A stretch of 64,000 bases of DNA from Nemertoderma westbladi. Lineage: Eukaryota > Animalia > Xenacoelomorpha. Each line of letters begins with the position of its first letter. Position 1 is the stretch's first letter. The position numbers and the translations under genes were made by a program. The stretch spans positions 1 to 64,000 of the forward strand of contig JAUCBJ010000238.1 of NCBI GenBank assembly GCA_032718475.1, read 5' to 3'. Below, piece by piece: positions 41,801 to 55,558 of the stretch. Below the pieces are notes generated by a model. That model saw nothing but the letters and a program-made list of their open reading frames with translations, made no database searches and was not told the origin of the DNA.

Positions 41801-44800
41801 TTTGTTGATTTTGTAATCTGTTGTTTGTCTCTTTGTTGACTTTGTAATCTGTTGTTTGTCTCTTTGTTGACTTTGTAATCTGTTGTTTGTCTCTTTGTTG
41901 ATTTTGTAATCTGTTGTTTGTCTCTTTGTTGATTTTGTAATCTGTTGTTTGTCTCTTTGTTGATTTTGTAATCTGTTGTTTGTCTCTTTGTTGATTTTGT
42001 AATCTGTTGTTTGTCTCTTTGTTGATTTTGTAATCTGTTGTTTGTCTCTTTGTTGATTTTGTAATCTGTTGTTTGTCTCTTTGTTGATTTTGTAATCTGT
42101 TGTTTGTCTCTCTGTTGACTTTGTAATCTGTTGTTTGTCTCTTTGTTGATTTTGTAATCTGTTGTTTGTCTCTTTGTTGACTTTGTAATCTGTTGTTTGT
42201 CTCTTTGTTGACTTTGTAATCTGTTGTTTGTCTCTTTGTTGATTTTGTAATCTGTTGTTTGTCTCTTTGTTGACTTTGTAATCTGTTGTTTGTCTCTCTG
42301 TTGATTTTGTAATCTGTTGTTTGTCTCTTTGTTGACTTTGTAATCTGTTGTTTGTCTCTCTGTTGATTTTGTAATCTGTTGTTTGTCTCTTTGTTGATTT
42401 TGTAATCTGTTGTTTGTCTCTTTGTTGACTTTGTAATCTGTTGTTTGTCTCTTTGTTGACTTTGTAATCTGTTGTTTGTCTCTTTGTTGATTTTGTAATC
42501 TGTTGTTTGTCTCTTTGTTGACTTTGTAATCTGTTGTTTGTCTCTTTGTTGACTTTGTAATCTGTTGTTTGTCTCTTTGTTGACTTTGTAATCTGTTGTT
42601 TGTCTCTTTGTTGATTTTGTAATCTGTTGTTTGTCTCTTTGTTGACTTTGTAATCTGTTGTTTGTCTCTCTGTTGATTTTGTAATCTGTTGTTTGTCTCT
42701 TTGTTGACTTTGTAATCTGTTGTTTGTCTCTTTGTTGACTTTGTAATCTGTTGTTTGTCTCTTTGTTGATTTTGTAATCTGTTGTTTGTCTCTTTGTTGA
42801 TTTTGTAATCTGTTGTTTGTCTCTTTGTTGATTTTGTAATCTGTTGTTTGTCTCTTTGTTGATTTTGTAATCTGTTGTTTGTCTCTCTGTTGACTTTGTA
42901 ATCTGTTGTTTGTCTCTTTGTTGATTTTGTAATCTGTTGTTTGTCTCTTTGTTGACTTTGTAATCTGTTGTTTGTCTCTTTGTTGACTTTGTAATCTGTT
43001 GTTTGTCTCTTTGTTGACTTTGTAATCTGTTGTTTGTCTCTTTGTTGACTTTGTAATCTGTTGTTTGTCTCTTTGTTGATTTTGTAATCTGTTGTTTGTC
43101 TCTTTGTTGACTTTGTAATCTGTTGTTTGTCTCTTTGTTGATTTTGTAATCTGTTGTTTGTCTCTTTGTTGATTTTGTAATCTGTTGTTTGTCTCTTTGT
43201 TGACTTTGTAATCTGTTGTTTGTCTCTTTGTTGACTTTGTAATCTTTTGTTTGTCTCTTTGTTGACTTTGTAATCTGTTGTTTGTCTCTTTGTTGACTTT
43301 GTAATCTGTTGTTTGTCTCTTTGTTGACTTTGTAATCTGTTGTTTGTCTCTTTGTTGACTTTGTAATCTGTTGTTTGTCTCTCTGTTGACTTTGTAATCT
43401 GTTGTTTGTCTCTTTGTTGACTTTGTAATCTGTTGTTTGTCTCTTTGTTGACTTTGTAATCTGTTGTTTGTCTCTCTGTTGACTTTGTAATCTGTTGTTT
43501 GTCTCTTTGTTGATTTTGTAATCTGTTGTTTGTCTCTTTGTTGACTTTGTAATCTGTTGTTTGTCTCTTTGTTGATTTTGTAATCTGTTGTTTGTCTCTT
43601 TGTTGACTTTGTAATCTGTTGTTTGTCTCTTTGTTGACTTTGTAATCTGTTGTTTGTCTCTTTGTTGACTTTGTAATCTGTTGTTTGTCTCTCTGTTGAC
43701 TTTGTAATCTGTTGTTTGTCTCTTTGTTGATTTTGTAATCTGTTGTTTGTCTCTTTGTTTATTTTGGTTTCTGTTGTTTGTCTCTTTGTTGACTTTGTAA
43801 TCTGTTGTTTGTCTCTTTGTTGACTTTGTAATCTGTTGTTTGTCTCTTTGATGATTTTGTAATCTGTTGTTTGTCTCTTTGTTGATTTTGTAATCTGTTG
43901 TTTGTCTCTTTGTTGATTTTGTAATCTGTTGTTTGTCTCTTTGTTGATTTTGTAATCTGTTGTTTGTCTCTCTGTTGACTTTGTAATCTGTTGTTTGTCT
44001 CTTTGTTGATTTTGTAATCTGTTGTTTGTCTCTTTGTTGACTTTGTAATCTGTTGTTTGTCTCTTTGTTGACTTTGTAATCTGTTGTTTGTCTCTTTGTT
44101 GACTTTGTAATCTTTTGTTTGTCTCTTTGTTGACTTTGTAATCTGTTGTTTGTCTCTTTGTTGATTTTGTAATCTGTTGTTTGTCTCTTTGTTGATTTTG
44201 TAATCTGTTGTTTGTCTCTTTGTTGACTTTGTAATCTGTTGTTTGTCTCTTTGTTGATTTTGTAATCTGTTGTTTGTCTCTTTGTTGATTTTGTAATCTG
44301 TTGTTTGTCTCTTTGTTGACTTTGTAATCTGTTGTTTGTCTCTTTGTTGACTTTGTAATCTGTTGTTTGTCTCTTTGTTGATTTTGTAATCTGTTGTTTG
44401 TCTCTTTGTTGATTTTGTAATCTGTTGTTTGTCTCTTTGTTGACTTTGTAATCTGTTGTTTGTCTCTTTGTTGACTTTGTAATCTTTTGTTTGTCTCTTT
44501 GTTGACTTTGTAATCTGTTGTTTGTCTCTTTGTTGCTTTTGTAATCTGTTGTTTGTCTCTTTGTTGATTTTGTAATCTGTTGTTTGTCTCTTTGTTGACT
44601 TTGTAATCTGTTGTTTGTCTCTTTGTTGATTTTGTAATCTGTTGTTTGTCTCTTTGTTGATTTTGTAATCTGTTGTTTGTCTCTTTGTTGACTTTGTAAT
44701 CTGTTGTTTGTCTCTTTGTTGACTTTGTAATCTTTTGTTTGTCTCTTTGTTGACTTTGTAATCTGTTGTTTGTCTCTTTGTTGATTTTGTAATCTGTTGT

Positions 44801-47800
44801 TTGTCTCTTTGTTGACTTTGTAATCTGTTGTTTGTCTCTTTGTTGATTTTGTAATCTGTTGTTTGTCTCTTTGTTGATTTTGTAATCTGTTGTTTGTCTC
44901 TTTGTTGACTTTGTAATCTGTTGTTTGTCTCTTTGTTGACTTTGTAATCTGTTGTTTGTCTCTTTGTTGACTTTGTAATCTTTTGTTTGTCTCTTTGTTG
45001 ACTTTGTAATCTGTTGTTTGTCTCTTTGTTGATTTTGTAATCTGTTGTTTGTCTCTTTGTTGATTTTGTAATCTGTTGTTTGTCTCTTTGTTGATTTTGT
45101 AATCTGTTGTTTGTCTCTTTGTTGACTTTGTAATCTGTTGTTTGTCTCTTTGTTGACTTTGTAATCTGTTGTTTGTCTCTTTGTTGATTTTGTAATCTGT
45201 TGTTTGTCTCTTTGTTGACTTTGTAATCTGTTGTTTGTCTCTTTGTTGATTTTGTAATCTGTTGTTTGTCTCTTTGTTGACTTTGTAATCTTTTGTTTGT
45301 CTCTTTGTTGACTTTGTAATCTGTTGTTTGTCTCTCTGTTGACTTTGTAATCTGTTGTTTGTCACTTTGTTGACTTTGTAATCTGTTGTTTGTCTCTTTG
45401 TTGACTTTGTAATCTGTTGTTTGTCTCTTTGTTGATTTTGTAATCTGTTGTTTGTCTCTTTGTTGACTTTGTAATCTGTTGTTTGTCTCTTTGTTGACTT
45501 TGTAATCTGTTGTTTGTCTCTTTGTTGACTTTGTAATCTGTTGTTTGTCTCTCTGTTGACTTTGTAATCTGTTGTTTGTCTCTTTGTTGATTTTGTAATC
45601 TGTTGTTTGTCTCTTTGTTTATTTTGGTTTCTGTTGTTTGTCTCTTTGTTGACTTTGTAATCTGTTGTTTGTCTCTTTGTTGACTTTGTAATCTGTTGTT
45701 TGTCTCTTTGATGATTTTGTAATCTGTTGTTTGTCTCTTTGTTGATTTTGTAATCTGTTGTTTGTCTCTTTGTTGATTTTGTAATCTGTTGTTTGTCTCT
45801 TTGTTGATTTTGTAATCTGTTGTTTGTCTCTCTGTTGACTTTGTAATCTGTTGTTTGTCTCTTTGTTGATTTTGTAATCTGTTGTTTGTCTCTTTGTTGA
45901 CTTTGTAATCTGTTGTTTGTCTCTTTGTTGACTTTGTAATCTGTTGTTTGTCTCTTTGTTGACTTTGTAATCTTTTGTTTGTCTCTTTGTTGACTTTGTA
46001 ATCTGTTGTTTGTCTCTTTGTTGATTTTGTAATCTGTTGTTTGTCTCTTTGTTGATTTTGTAATCTGTTGTTTGTCTCTTTGTTGACTTTGTAATCTGTT
46101 GTTTGTCTCTTTGTTGATTTTGTAATCTGTTGTTTGTCTCTTTGTTGATTTTGTAATCTGTTGTTTGTCTCTTTGTTGACTTTGTAATCTGTTGTTTGTC
46201 TCTTTGTTGACTTTGTAATCTGTTGTTTGTCTCTTTGTTGATTTTGTAATCTGTTGTTTGTCTCTTTGTTGATTTTGTAATCTGTTGTTTGTCTCTTTGT
46301 TGACTTTGTAATCTGTTGTTTGTCTCTTTGTTGACTTTGTAATCTTTTGTTTGTCTCTTTGTTGACTTTGTAATCTGTTGTTTGTCTCTTTGTTGCTTTT
46401 GTAATCTGTTGTTTGTCTCTTTGTTGATTTTGTAATCTGTTGTTTGTCTCTTTGTTGACTTTGTAATCTGTTGTTTGTCTCTTTGTTGATTTTGTAATCT
46501 GTTGTTTGTCTCTTTGTTGATTTTGTAATCTGTTGTTTGTCTCTTTGTTGACTTTGTAATCTGTTGTTTGTCTCTTTGTTGACTTTGTAATCTGTTGTTT
46601 GTCTCTTTGTTGACTTTGTAATCTTTTGTTTGTCTCTTTGTTGACTTTGTAATCTGTTGTTTGTCTCTTTGTTGATTTTGTAATCTGTTGTTTGTCTCTT
46701 TGTTGACTTTGTAATCTGTTGTTTGTCTCTTTGTTGATTTTGTAATCTGTTGTTTGTCTCTTTGTTGATTTTGTAATCTGTTGTTTGTCTCTTTGTTGAC
46801 TTTGTAATCTGTTGTTTGTCTCTTTGTTGACTTTGTAATCTGTTGTTTGTCTCTTTGTTGACTTTGTAATCTTTTGTTTGTCTCTTTGTTGACTTTGTAA
46901 TCTGTTGTTTGTCTCTTTGTTGATTTTGTAATCTGTTGTTTGTCTCTTTGTTGATTTTGTAATCTGTTGTTTGTCTCTTTGTTGATTTTGTAATCTGTTG
47001 TTTGTCTCTTTGTTGACTTTGTAATCTGTTGTTTGTCTCTTTGTTGACTTTGTAATCTGTTGTTTGTCTCTTTGTTGATTTTGTAATCTGTTGTTTGTCT
47101 CTTTGTTGACTTTGTAATCTGTTGTTTGTCTCTTTGTTGATTTTGTAATCTGTTGTTTGTCTCTTTGTTGACTTTGTAATCTTTTGTTTGTCTCTTTGTT
47201 GACTTTGTAATCTGTTGTTTGTCTCTCTGTTGACTTTGTAATCTGTTGTTTGTCACTTTGTTGACTTTGTAATCTGTTGTTTGTCTCTTTGTTGACTTTG
47301 TAATCTGTTGTTTGTCTCTTTGTTGATTTTGTAATCTGTTGTTTGTCTCTTTGTTGACTTTGTAATCTGTTGTTTGTCTCTTTGTTGATTTTGTAATCTG
47401 TTGTTTGTCTCTTTGTTGACTTTGTAATCTTTTGTTTGTCTCTTTGTTGACTTTGTAATCTGTTGTTTGTCTCTTTGTTGATTTTGTAATCTGTTGTTTG
47501 TCTCTTTGTTGACTTTGTAATCTGTTGTTTGTCTCTTTGTTGACTTTGTAATCTGTTGTTTGTCTCTTTGTTGACTTTGTAATCTTTTGTTTGTCTCTTT
47601 GTTGACTTTGTAATCTGTTGTTTGTCTCTTTGTTGATTTTGTAATCTGTTGTTTGTCTCTTTGTTGACTTTGTAATCTGTTGTTTGTCTCTTTGTTGACT
47701 TTGTAATCTGTTGTTTGTCTCTTTGTTGATTTTGTAATCTGTTGTTTGTCTCTTTGTTGACTTTGTAATCTGTTGTTTGTCTCTTTGTTGATTTTGTAAT

Positions 47801-50800
47801 CTGTTGTTTGTCTCTTTGTTGATTTTGTAATCTGTTGTTTGTCTCTTTGTTGACTTTGTAATCTGTTGTTTGTCTCTTTGTTGATTTTGTAATCTGTTGT
47901 TTGTCTTTTTGTTGATTTTGTAATCTGTTGTTTGTCTCTCTGTTGACTTTGTAATCTGTTGTTTGTCTCTTTGTTGACTTTGTAATCTGTTGTTTGTCTC
48001 TTTGTTGATTTTGTAATCTGTTGTTTGTCTCTTTGTTGACTTTGTAATCTGTTGTTTGTCTCTTTGTTGACTTTGTAATCTGTTGTTTGTCTCTTTGTTG
48101 ACTTTGTAATCTGTTGTTTGTCTCTCTGTTGACTTTGTAATCTGTTGTTTGTCTCTTTGTTGACTTTGTAATCTGTTGTTTGTCTCTTTGTTGACTTTGT
48201 AATCTGTTGTTTGTCTCTTTGTTGACTTTGTAATCTGTTGATTGTCTCTTTGTTGATTTTGTAATCTGTTGTTTGTCTCTTTGTTGATTTTGTAATCTGT
48301 TGTTTGTCTCTTTGTTGACTTTGTAATCTGTTGTTTGTCTCTTTGTTGACTTTGTAATCTGTTGTTTGTCTCTTTGTTGATTTTGTAATCTGTTGTTTGT
48401 CTCTTTGTTGATTTTGTAATCTGTTGTTTGTCTCTTTGTTGACTTTGTAATCTGTTGTTTGTCTCTTTGTTTATTTTGGTTTCTGTTGTTTGTCTCTTTG
48501 TTGACTTTGTAATCTGTTGTTTGTCTCTTTGTTGACTTTGTAATCTGTTGTTTGTCTCTTTGTTGATTTTGTAATCTGTTGTTTGTCTCTTTGTTGATTT
48601 TGTAATCTGTTGTTCGTCTCTTTGTTGATTTTGTAATCTGTTGTTTGTCTCTTTGTGGATTTTGTAATCTGTTGTTTGTCTCTCTGTTGACTTTGTAATC
48701 TGTTGTTTGTCTCTTTGTGGATTTTGTAATCTGTTGTTTGTCTCTCTGTTGACTTTGTAATCTGTTGTTTGTCTCTTTGTTGACTTTGTAATCTGTTGTT
48801 TGTCTCTTTGTTGACTTTGTAATCTGTTGTTTGTCTCTCTGTTGACTTTGTAATCTGTTGTTTGTCTCTTTGTGGATTTTGTAATCTGTTGTTTGTCTCT
48901 CTGTTGACTTTGTAATCTGTTGTTTGTCTCTTTGTTGACTTTGTAATCTGTTGTTCGTCTCTTTGTGGATTTTGTAATCTGTTGTTTGTCTCTCTGTTGA
49001 CTTTGTAATCTGTTGTTTGTCTCTTTGTTGACTTTGTAATCTGTTGTTTGTCTCTTTGTTGACTTTGTAATCTGTTGTTTGTCTCTCTGTTGACTTTGTA
49101 ATCTGTTGTTTGTCTCTTTGTGGATTTTGTAATCTGTTGTTTGTCTCTTTGTTGACTTTGTAATCTGTTGTTTGTCTCTTTGTTGATTTTGTAATCTGTT
49201 GTTTGTCTCTTTGTTGACTTTGTAATCTGTTGTTTGTCTCTTTGTTGACTTTGTAATCTGTTGTTTGTCTCTTTGTTGACTTTGTAATCTGTTGTTTGTC
49301 TCTCTGTTGACTTTGTAATCTGTTGTTTGTCTCTTTGTTGATTTTGTAATCTGTTGTTTGTCTCTTTGTTGACTTTGTAATCTGTTGTTTGTCTCTTTGT
49401 TGACTTTGTAATCTGTTGTTTGTCTCTTTGTTGACTTTGTAATCTGTTGTTTGTCTCTTTGTTGATTTTGTAATCTGTTGTTTGTCTCTTTGTGGATTTT
49501 GTAATCTGTTGTTTGTCTCTCTGTTGACTTTGTAATCTGTTGTTTGTCTCTTTGTTGACTTTGTAATCTGTTGTTTGTCTCTTTGTTGATTTTGTAATCT
49601 GTTGTTCGTCTCTTTGTTGATTTTGTAATCTGTTGTTTGTCTCTTTGTGGATTTTGTAATCTGTTGTTTGTCTCTCTGTTGACTTTGTAATCTGTTGTTT
49701 GTCTCTTTGTGGATTTTGTAATCTGTTGTTTGTCTCTCTGTTGACTTTGTAATCTGTTGTTTGTCTCTCTGTTGACTTTGTAATCTGTTGTTTGTCTCTC
49801 TGTTGACTTTGTAATCTGTTGTTTGTCTCTTTGTTGATTTTGTAATCTGTTGTTCGTCTCTTTGTTGATTTTGTAATCTGTTGTTTGTCTCTTTGTTGAC
49901 TTTGTAATCTGTTGTTTGTCTCTCTGTTGACTTTGTAATCTGTTGTTTGTCTCTCTGTTGACTTTGTAATCTGTTGTTTGTCTCTTTGTTGACTTTGTAA
50001 TCTGTTGTTTGTCTCTTTGTTGATTTTGTAATCTGTTGTTTGTCTCTTTGTTGACTTTGTAATCTGTTGTTTGTCTCTTTGTGGATTTTGTAATCTGTTG
50101 TTTGTCTCTCTGTTGACTTTGTAATCTGTTGTTTGTCTCTTTGTTGATTTTGTAATCTGTTGTTCGTCTCTTTGTTGATTTTGTAATCTGTTGTTTGTCT
50201 CTTTGTTTATTTTGGTTTCTGTTGTTTGTCTCTTTGTTGACTTTGTAATCTGTTGTTTGTCTCTTTGTTGACTTTGTAATCTGTTGTTTGTCTCTCTGTT
50301 GACTTTGTAATCTGTTGTTTGTCTCTCTGTTGACTTTGTAATCTGTTGTTTGTCTCTTTGTTGACTTTGTAATCTGTTGTTTGTCTCTTTGTTGATTTTG
50401 TAATCTGTTGTTTGTCTCTTTGTTGACTTTGTAATCTGTTGTTTGTCTCTTTGTGGATTTTGTAATCTGTTGTTTGTCTCTCTGTTGACTTTGTAATCTG
50501 TTGTTTGTCTCTTTGTTGATTTTGTAATCTGTTGTTTGTCTCTCTGTTGACTTTGTAATCTGTTGTTTGTCTCTTTGTTGACTTTGTAATCTGTTGTTTG
50601 TCTCTTTGTTGACTTTGTAATCTGTTGTTTGTCTCTTTGTTGACTTTGTAATCTGTTGTTTGTCTCTTTGTTGATTTTGTAATCTGTTGTTTGTCTCTTT
50701 GTTGACTTTGTAATCTGTTGTTTGTCTCTCTGTTGACTTTGTAATCTGTTGTTTGTCTCTCTGTTGACTTTGTAATCTGTTGTTTGTCTCTTTGTTGACT

Positions 50801-51456
50801 TTGTAATCTGTTGTTTGTCTCTTTGTTGATTTTGTAATCTGTTGTTTGTCTCTTTGTTGACTTTGTAATCTGTTGTTTGTCTCTTTGTGGATTTTGTAAT
50901 CTGTTGTTTGTCTCTCTGTTGACTTTGTAATCTGTTGTTTGTCTCTTTGTTGATTTTGTAATCTGTTGTTTGTCTCTCTGTTGACTTTGTAATCTGTTGT
51001 TTGTCTCTTTGTTGACTTTGTAATCTGTTGTTTGTCTCTTTGTGGATTTTGTAATCTGTTGTTTGTCTCTCTGTTGATTTTGTAATCTGTTGTTTGTCTC
51101 TCTGTTGACTTTGTAATCTGTTGTTTGTCTCTTTGTTGACTTTGTAATCTGTTGTTTGTCTCTTTGTTGATTTTGTAATCTGTTGTTTGTCTCTTTGTTG
51201 ACTTTGTAATCTGTTGTTTGTCTCTCTGTTGACTTTGTAATCTGTTGTTTGTCTCTTTGTTGATTTTGTAATCTGTTGTTTGTCTCTTTGTGGATTTTGT
51301 AATCTGTTGTTTGTCTCTTTGTGGATTTTGTAATCTGTTGTTTGTCTCTTTGTTGACTTTGTAATCTGTTGTTTGTCTCTCTGTTGACTTTGTAATCTGT
51401 TGTTTGTCTCTTTGTTGATTTTGTAATCTGTTGTTTGTCTCTTTGTTGATTTTGTA
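26806..51456. repeat. 31-bp satellite GTTGA(C/T)TTTGTAATCTGTTGTTTGTCTCT(T/C)T, ~795 copies
   Basis: Unit starts at 26831 and 51383 are 24552 bp apart, exactly 792 x 31. Confidence 0.98.
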
Positions 51457-51858
51457 TATTATATGTCACAGAAACTGCACAAATTAAATTAGGGGGGCCT
51501 ACAGTAGTTGCTGTAGTTGCTAATAATGGTAATTTAGTAATTTAGCAACCACCGATGGTGGTGGCATCGCTAACATTGCACTGTAGATGATCTTTAATAG
51601 AAATTGCACTTTTTATTGTTACCGTCGTCGTCCAATTTAAGACAGTTTATAAGAATATTAAGTTATAATATTGGTAGGCCTAATTTGCTAATTACAGTAG
51701 GCCTATATATACAAGGCTCCCTAGCTATCTCTATGTTAGCCGCATTAAGCGATAATTCAGCAATAAGATTGGCGAAATAAATATTTTAATTTTAATGATT
51801 TAATTTTAAAGCGGTTTGTGTTTTAATTTTATACGTGTAACATTGGGTGATGTATTTT

Positions 51859-52461
51859 TTACGGTAAAATTATGTTCCTCGAATTAAAGGCCCTATAAAT
51901 AAAAGCTAAATTTTTAATTTTGGTAGATTTGGATAAACTGATTAATGAACGGAGTTTGTATTCTGAGGGGTGAAACCAATAGAAACGATAAATTAAAGTC
52001 TTCCGAAGTTCACTATAGGCATGACAAACAAGGACAAAATGCAATTCACCATCTACTCCCCCCAAATGATAGACCCTACAAATTCTATTCTCCGGTGCAA
52101 CTCCTTCCCAACGCCCAACTTCAATCTGGAGGCGGTGGATTGAACACCATAAACGCGCCAATTCTAACTTGAGGTTTATACTATTGCAAAGTGAGTTCAG
52201 GTAGATCTCTCTGCCAAATACGTCATTAACGTAGAGCTTACCCTTAGACGAGTTGCGAATTCTGCCGCGCCAATCCTGAATAAATTGGTCACGAAGGATT
52301 GTCATAACTTCTTTCAGGAAACTTTCATTATTATCAATATTCTGGGAGTTCCACGCCCAAGAGAGACCTAAATCATTGAGACAACTTCTAACTTGTGTGA
52401 CCCAACTTACAGACGAGGGAGGGCGATGACACTGATCTATCCAAAAGTTCAAGATAAACAC
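51859..52461 (-). mobile_element. LINE C-terminal fragment (RTE-X/L2-like)
   Basis: DQFIQDW..SSKGKLY..ARL..S.HRLQIEVGRW..ENRIC...ELHFVLVC.AY.ELR. Confidence 0.8.
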
Positions 52462-52564
52462 ATTTGCTTAATCGAGTATCAGGGAGGCCGATTAAGCGAG
52501 ATTAAGCTACATGAACTACATCGTCGGCGTATAGAAGTAGCAATAACTGAAAGTAGCCAAAATG

Positions 52565-52872
52565 CAACCCCGATCCGAGTTCTGCTTGTGTGGTAGCTGC
52601 CAAAATATACAACAAAATGATTCTATATAGAATTAGACCTCACGTAGAGAAACTGCTGCGTAAGAGCCAAAACGGATTTCGACCAAATAGATCAACAATA
52701 GCTCAGATACTTGCGCTACGGAGACTGATTGAAGGAATTATGTCAAAGAATCTCCCCGCTAGTCATGACTTTTGTGGACTTCAAGAAAGCATTCGACTCC
52801 ATCCATAGAGGTAAAATGCTTGAAATCCTAAGAGCTTATGGAATACCAGAGGTAATTGTGGCTGGCATTGGA
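52565..52872 (+). mobile_element. RTE-clade RT N-terminal fragment, frameshifted
   Basis: VAAKIYNKMILYRIRP..QNGFRPNRST..ILALRRLIEG / FVDFKKAFDSIHRGKMLEILRAYGIP. Confidence 0.85.
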
Positions 52873-53944
52873 TACTGCCGAGGTATGTCCGGCTACATCC
52901 CCCCCCCCCCACTGCCGAAGTATGTACATTACGACTTACCCCTCCCCCACTCTCGAGGTAGTCCGACTACCCCCCCTCCACCCCACTACCAATGTTGTTT
53001 GAATGTTGTTGATATAACAAAACGAGAAACCTGTTTTATTGACTTTCGTTTATTGTTTGGAATAACGTTCCACTGTAAACTGCTCCTTTCCCTAAATTGA
53101 ATTTAGCATTGTGACGAAATATTATTCATTCATCGATATGGGATTCGCATCAACCCCGCCCCCCCCCCCCCCGTCTCTAATTGAGATATTTTTGATATAT
53201 GAAGTAATTCTTGCAATTAACTTATTCCAATCATAATTTATATTTCACATTTATATATATATCAAGTAAATATCATTGGGCAGATGCAAAACAACAACTT
53301 AAGAAGTATCTCAGTTATTTCTCCATAAAATCATTATTTTTTATTTTTTTTACAGTTTGTAATCCTTACGGCGTTTACTTTCTAGAGGTATAAACAATTA
53401 TCTTGGGTCATTCGTAGCAAACTGAATAAACAAGAGTCATAAGTATTAAAGTACCTCATTTAGTTCCATTACGCCAACATATCGGGGTTCACTACGTAAT
53501 CACTCTAATTATGCGAATATTTAGGAATAAATCCATTTATGTACAAAAAACAATCGTACACCTTATCATACAGTATAGCCTATTATACATGCTAAAGCAA
53601 TGGAGAATGTAACAAAATACTTTATAGCGTTACATATATACATAATGCTTCATACGCACAAAACGAATTCCGTAGATCAAACATTTTCCAATATTCTCTG
53701 CTACAATGCTATAATTCTCAAAGGAACATAAATCTTATTGACGGTAGACGACAGTATGTTCTCGGATTTTATGTTCGCGGACTTTATGTTCCCATATTTA
53801 TTTTCTTCTTATCAATTAAACGGACTGTAGGTTCCCGTCAATTCGGACATTGTGTTCCCATTACTGCTTTTGGTAAATGGGTATTTAAAGTGGTCATCAT
53901 CACAACTCCATTGAATAACACAAACTGATTCCAGTTTGTTACCG

Positions 53945-54227
53945 CTGTAATTTTGCTCATTAATTATAACTAATTAAGATTTATAAGCGCAACTGCGCAA
54001 CTGAAGGGTTCTGGGTTAAATAATACAGTTATTGTTCATGAGTTTGAGTTACATTACATTACATACAAAGGAATTTAACCCATTATAACTGTAATTTTGC
54101 TCATTAATTATAACTAATTAAGATTTATACAGCGCAACTGCGCAACTGAAGGGTTCTGGGGGTTAAATAATACAGTTATTGTTCATGAGTTTGAGTTACA
54201 CTTACATTACATACAAAGGAATTTAAC
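53945..54227. repeat. ~144-bp tandem duplication
   Basis: ctgtaattttgctcattaatt...aaaggaatttaac begins at 53945 and at 54089. Confidence 0.85.
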
Positions 54228-55524
54228 GATAAACGTTGAATGATTATCTGATTTCACTTAGCCAGTGAAATGATTAATAATTATGATAATAATGTACAGT
54301 AGCTAAAAATCACACCATTCAGTCAAAGTGCAAAATAATAAAATAGAGGTGCATATTTCAGGAACAATTGCTCTAGGTAACAGGAACTAGGAGGGAATTT
54401 TATCAAAATTCCAAAATTTCGCTTTAAATACAAATAAAGGGTCAGGTTCACTACGACGTGTGAAAATGTATCTTTAAAATTAATTAGTGTGAAATAATTC
54501 CGACATCATTCTCAATAAGTATTACGGGGTCTTTCCCTAGGTTTGTATCACCAGCAAAAACGAATTTTTCAGAAACATCATGAGAATAGCATCTTAAAAA
54601 AACAGAAGAGCGGCTGTTTTAGTAAGAGGCGTAGTTAACTGCTCATAATTTGTTCCGTGAAGAGGGCCAACTATGGTTGAGGCAGAAAGATCGGGAATTA
54701 CTAAAAACGATGATAATCGTTCTCATATACTGAGTATAGAAAGTTATTATTACTTTATTACCTTGGGCTATAAGGGGGAGGGGGGGGGGGGGGGGGGGTC
54801 GAATATACGTCGTGGGTGAATCTATTTCAAGGCCCCCTTATCGTACAAGGCGTTGCGTTGGTCTAAATGCAAACCGGTATGCATCCCAACAGAGGCCTCT
54901 GTCATACCACACCTATCCTTCACCTGTCTCCAAACCCAATAACGGTCCACTTTTAAGCGTCCACAATACTTCAGAAGTTAACAAAGCTATAAGATAGAAA
55001 AAGAACCTGCTTGTTATGTTTGTGGCTTTGGATAAGAAGATAAGTCCTTGGGCGTCTAATTATAGCAGTAGATGGATGCAGTTACACTCCCAGATCTTCT
55101 GTTATCTTCCACTTACTTAATAAACACACCTTACCGGATATCTCAGAAGTTCCCCCATATGAGACAAGCAGACTATCTATTATGTTCGCTTCCCACAATG
55201 TGATATCTTTAAATACTAATAAAGATCCGGAACTTCAATATCGCGTTTCATCATTTCATACATTTATGGCTGTCTAGTTTAGTTTTCAATTCTGGGTTAT
55301 TATTAATAATTTCCTGTTTTTCAAAGTTTAAATATCATAATTATTATCATTAAATTTCCTGTTGATTTTTATAATAAAAATATAAAAGCAAAAGCAAAAA
55401 AACAAAGATTCGGGCGAAGTCGGAAGCGACCCGAAGGCTCCTCTTTCGATAGCTGCTACCCAAATGTAAGGGTGGTTTATCACAAGTTTTGCTCCCGCTA
55501 TTATACTTGTTATTATTGTATTAT

Positions 55525-55558
55525 CGTGACCTACATAGGTTATCTATAGTAGGTCATG
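55525..55558. mobile_element. P-element-like footprint (C(G)TGACCTAC..GTAGGTCATG, 7-bp TSD)
   Basis: GTATTAT at 55518-55524 and 55559-55565. Confidence 0.6.

Noticed and set aside
26797-51469. 420-1308-aa minus-strand ORFs
   Set aside because: They arise from the stop-free 31-bp satellite strand. Starts are chance GTG variants, with no promoter or splice evidence.
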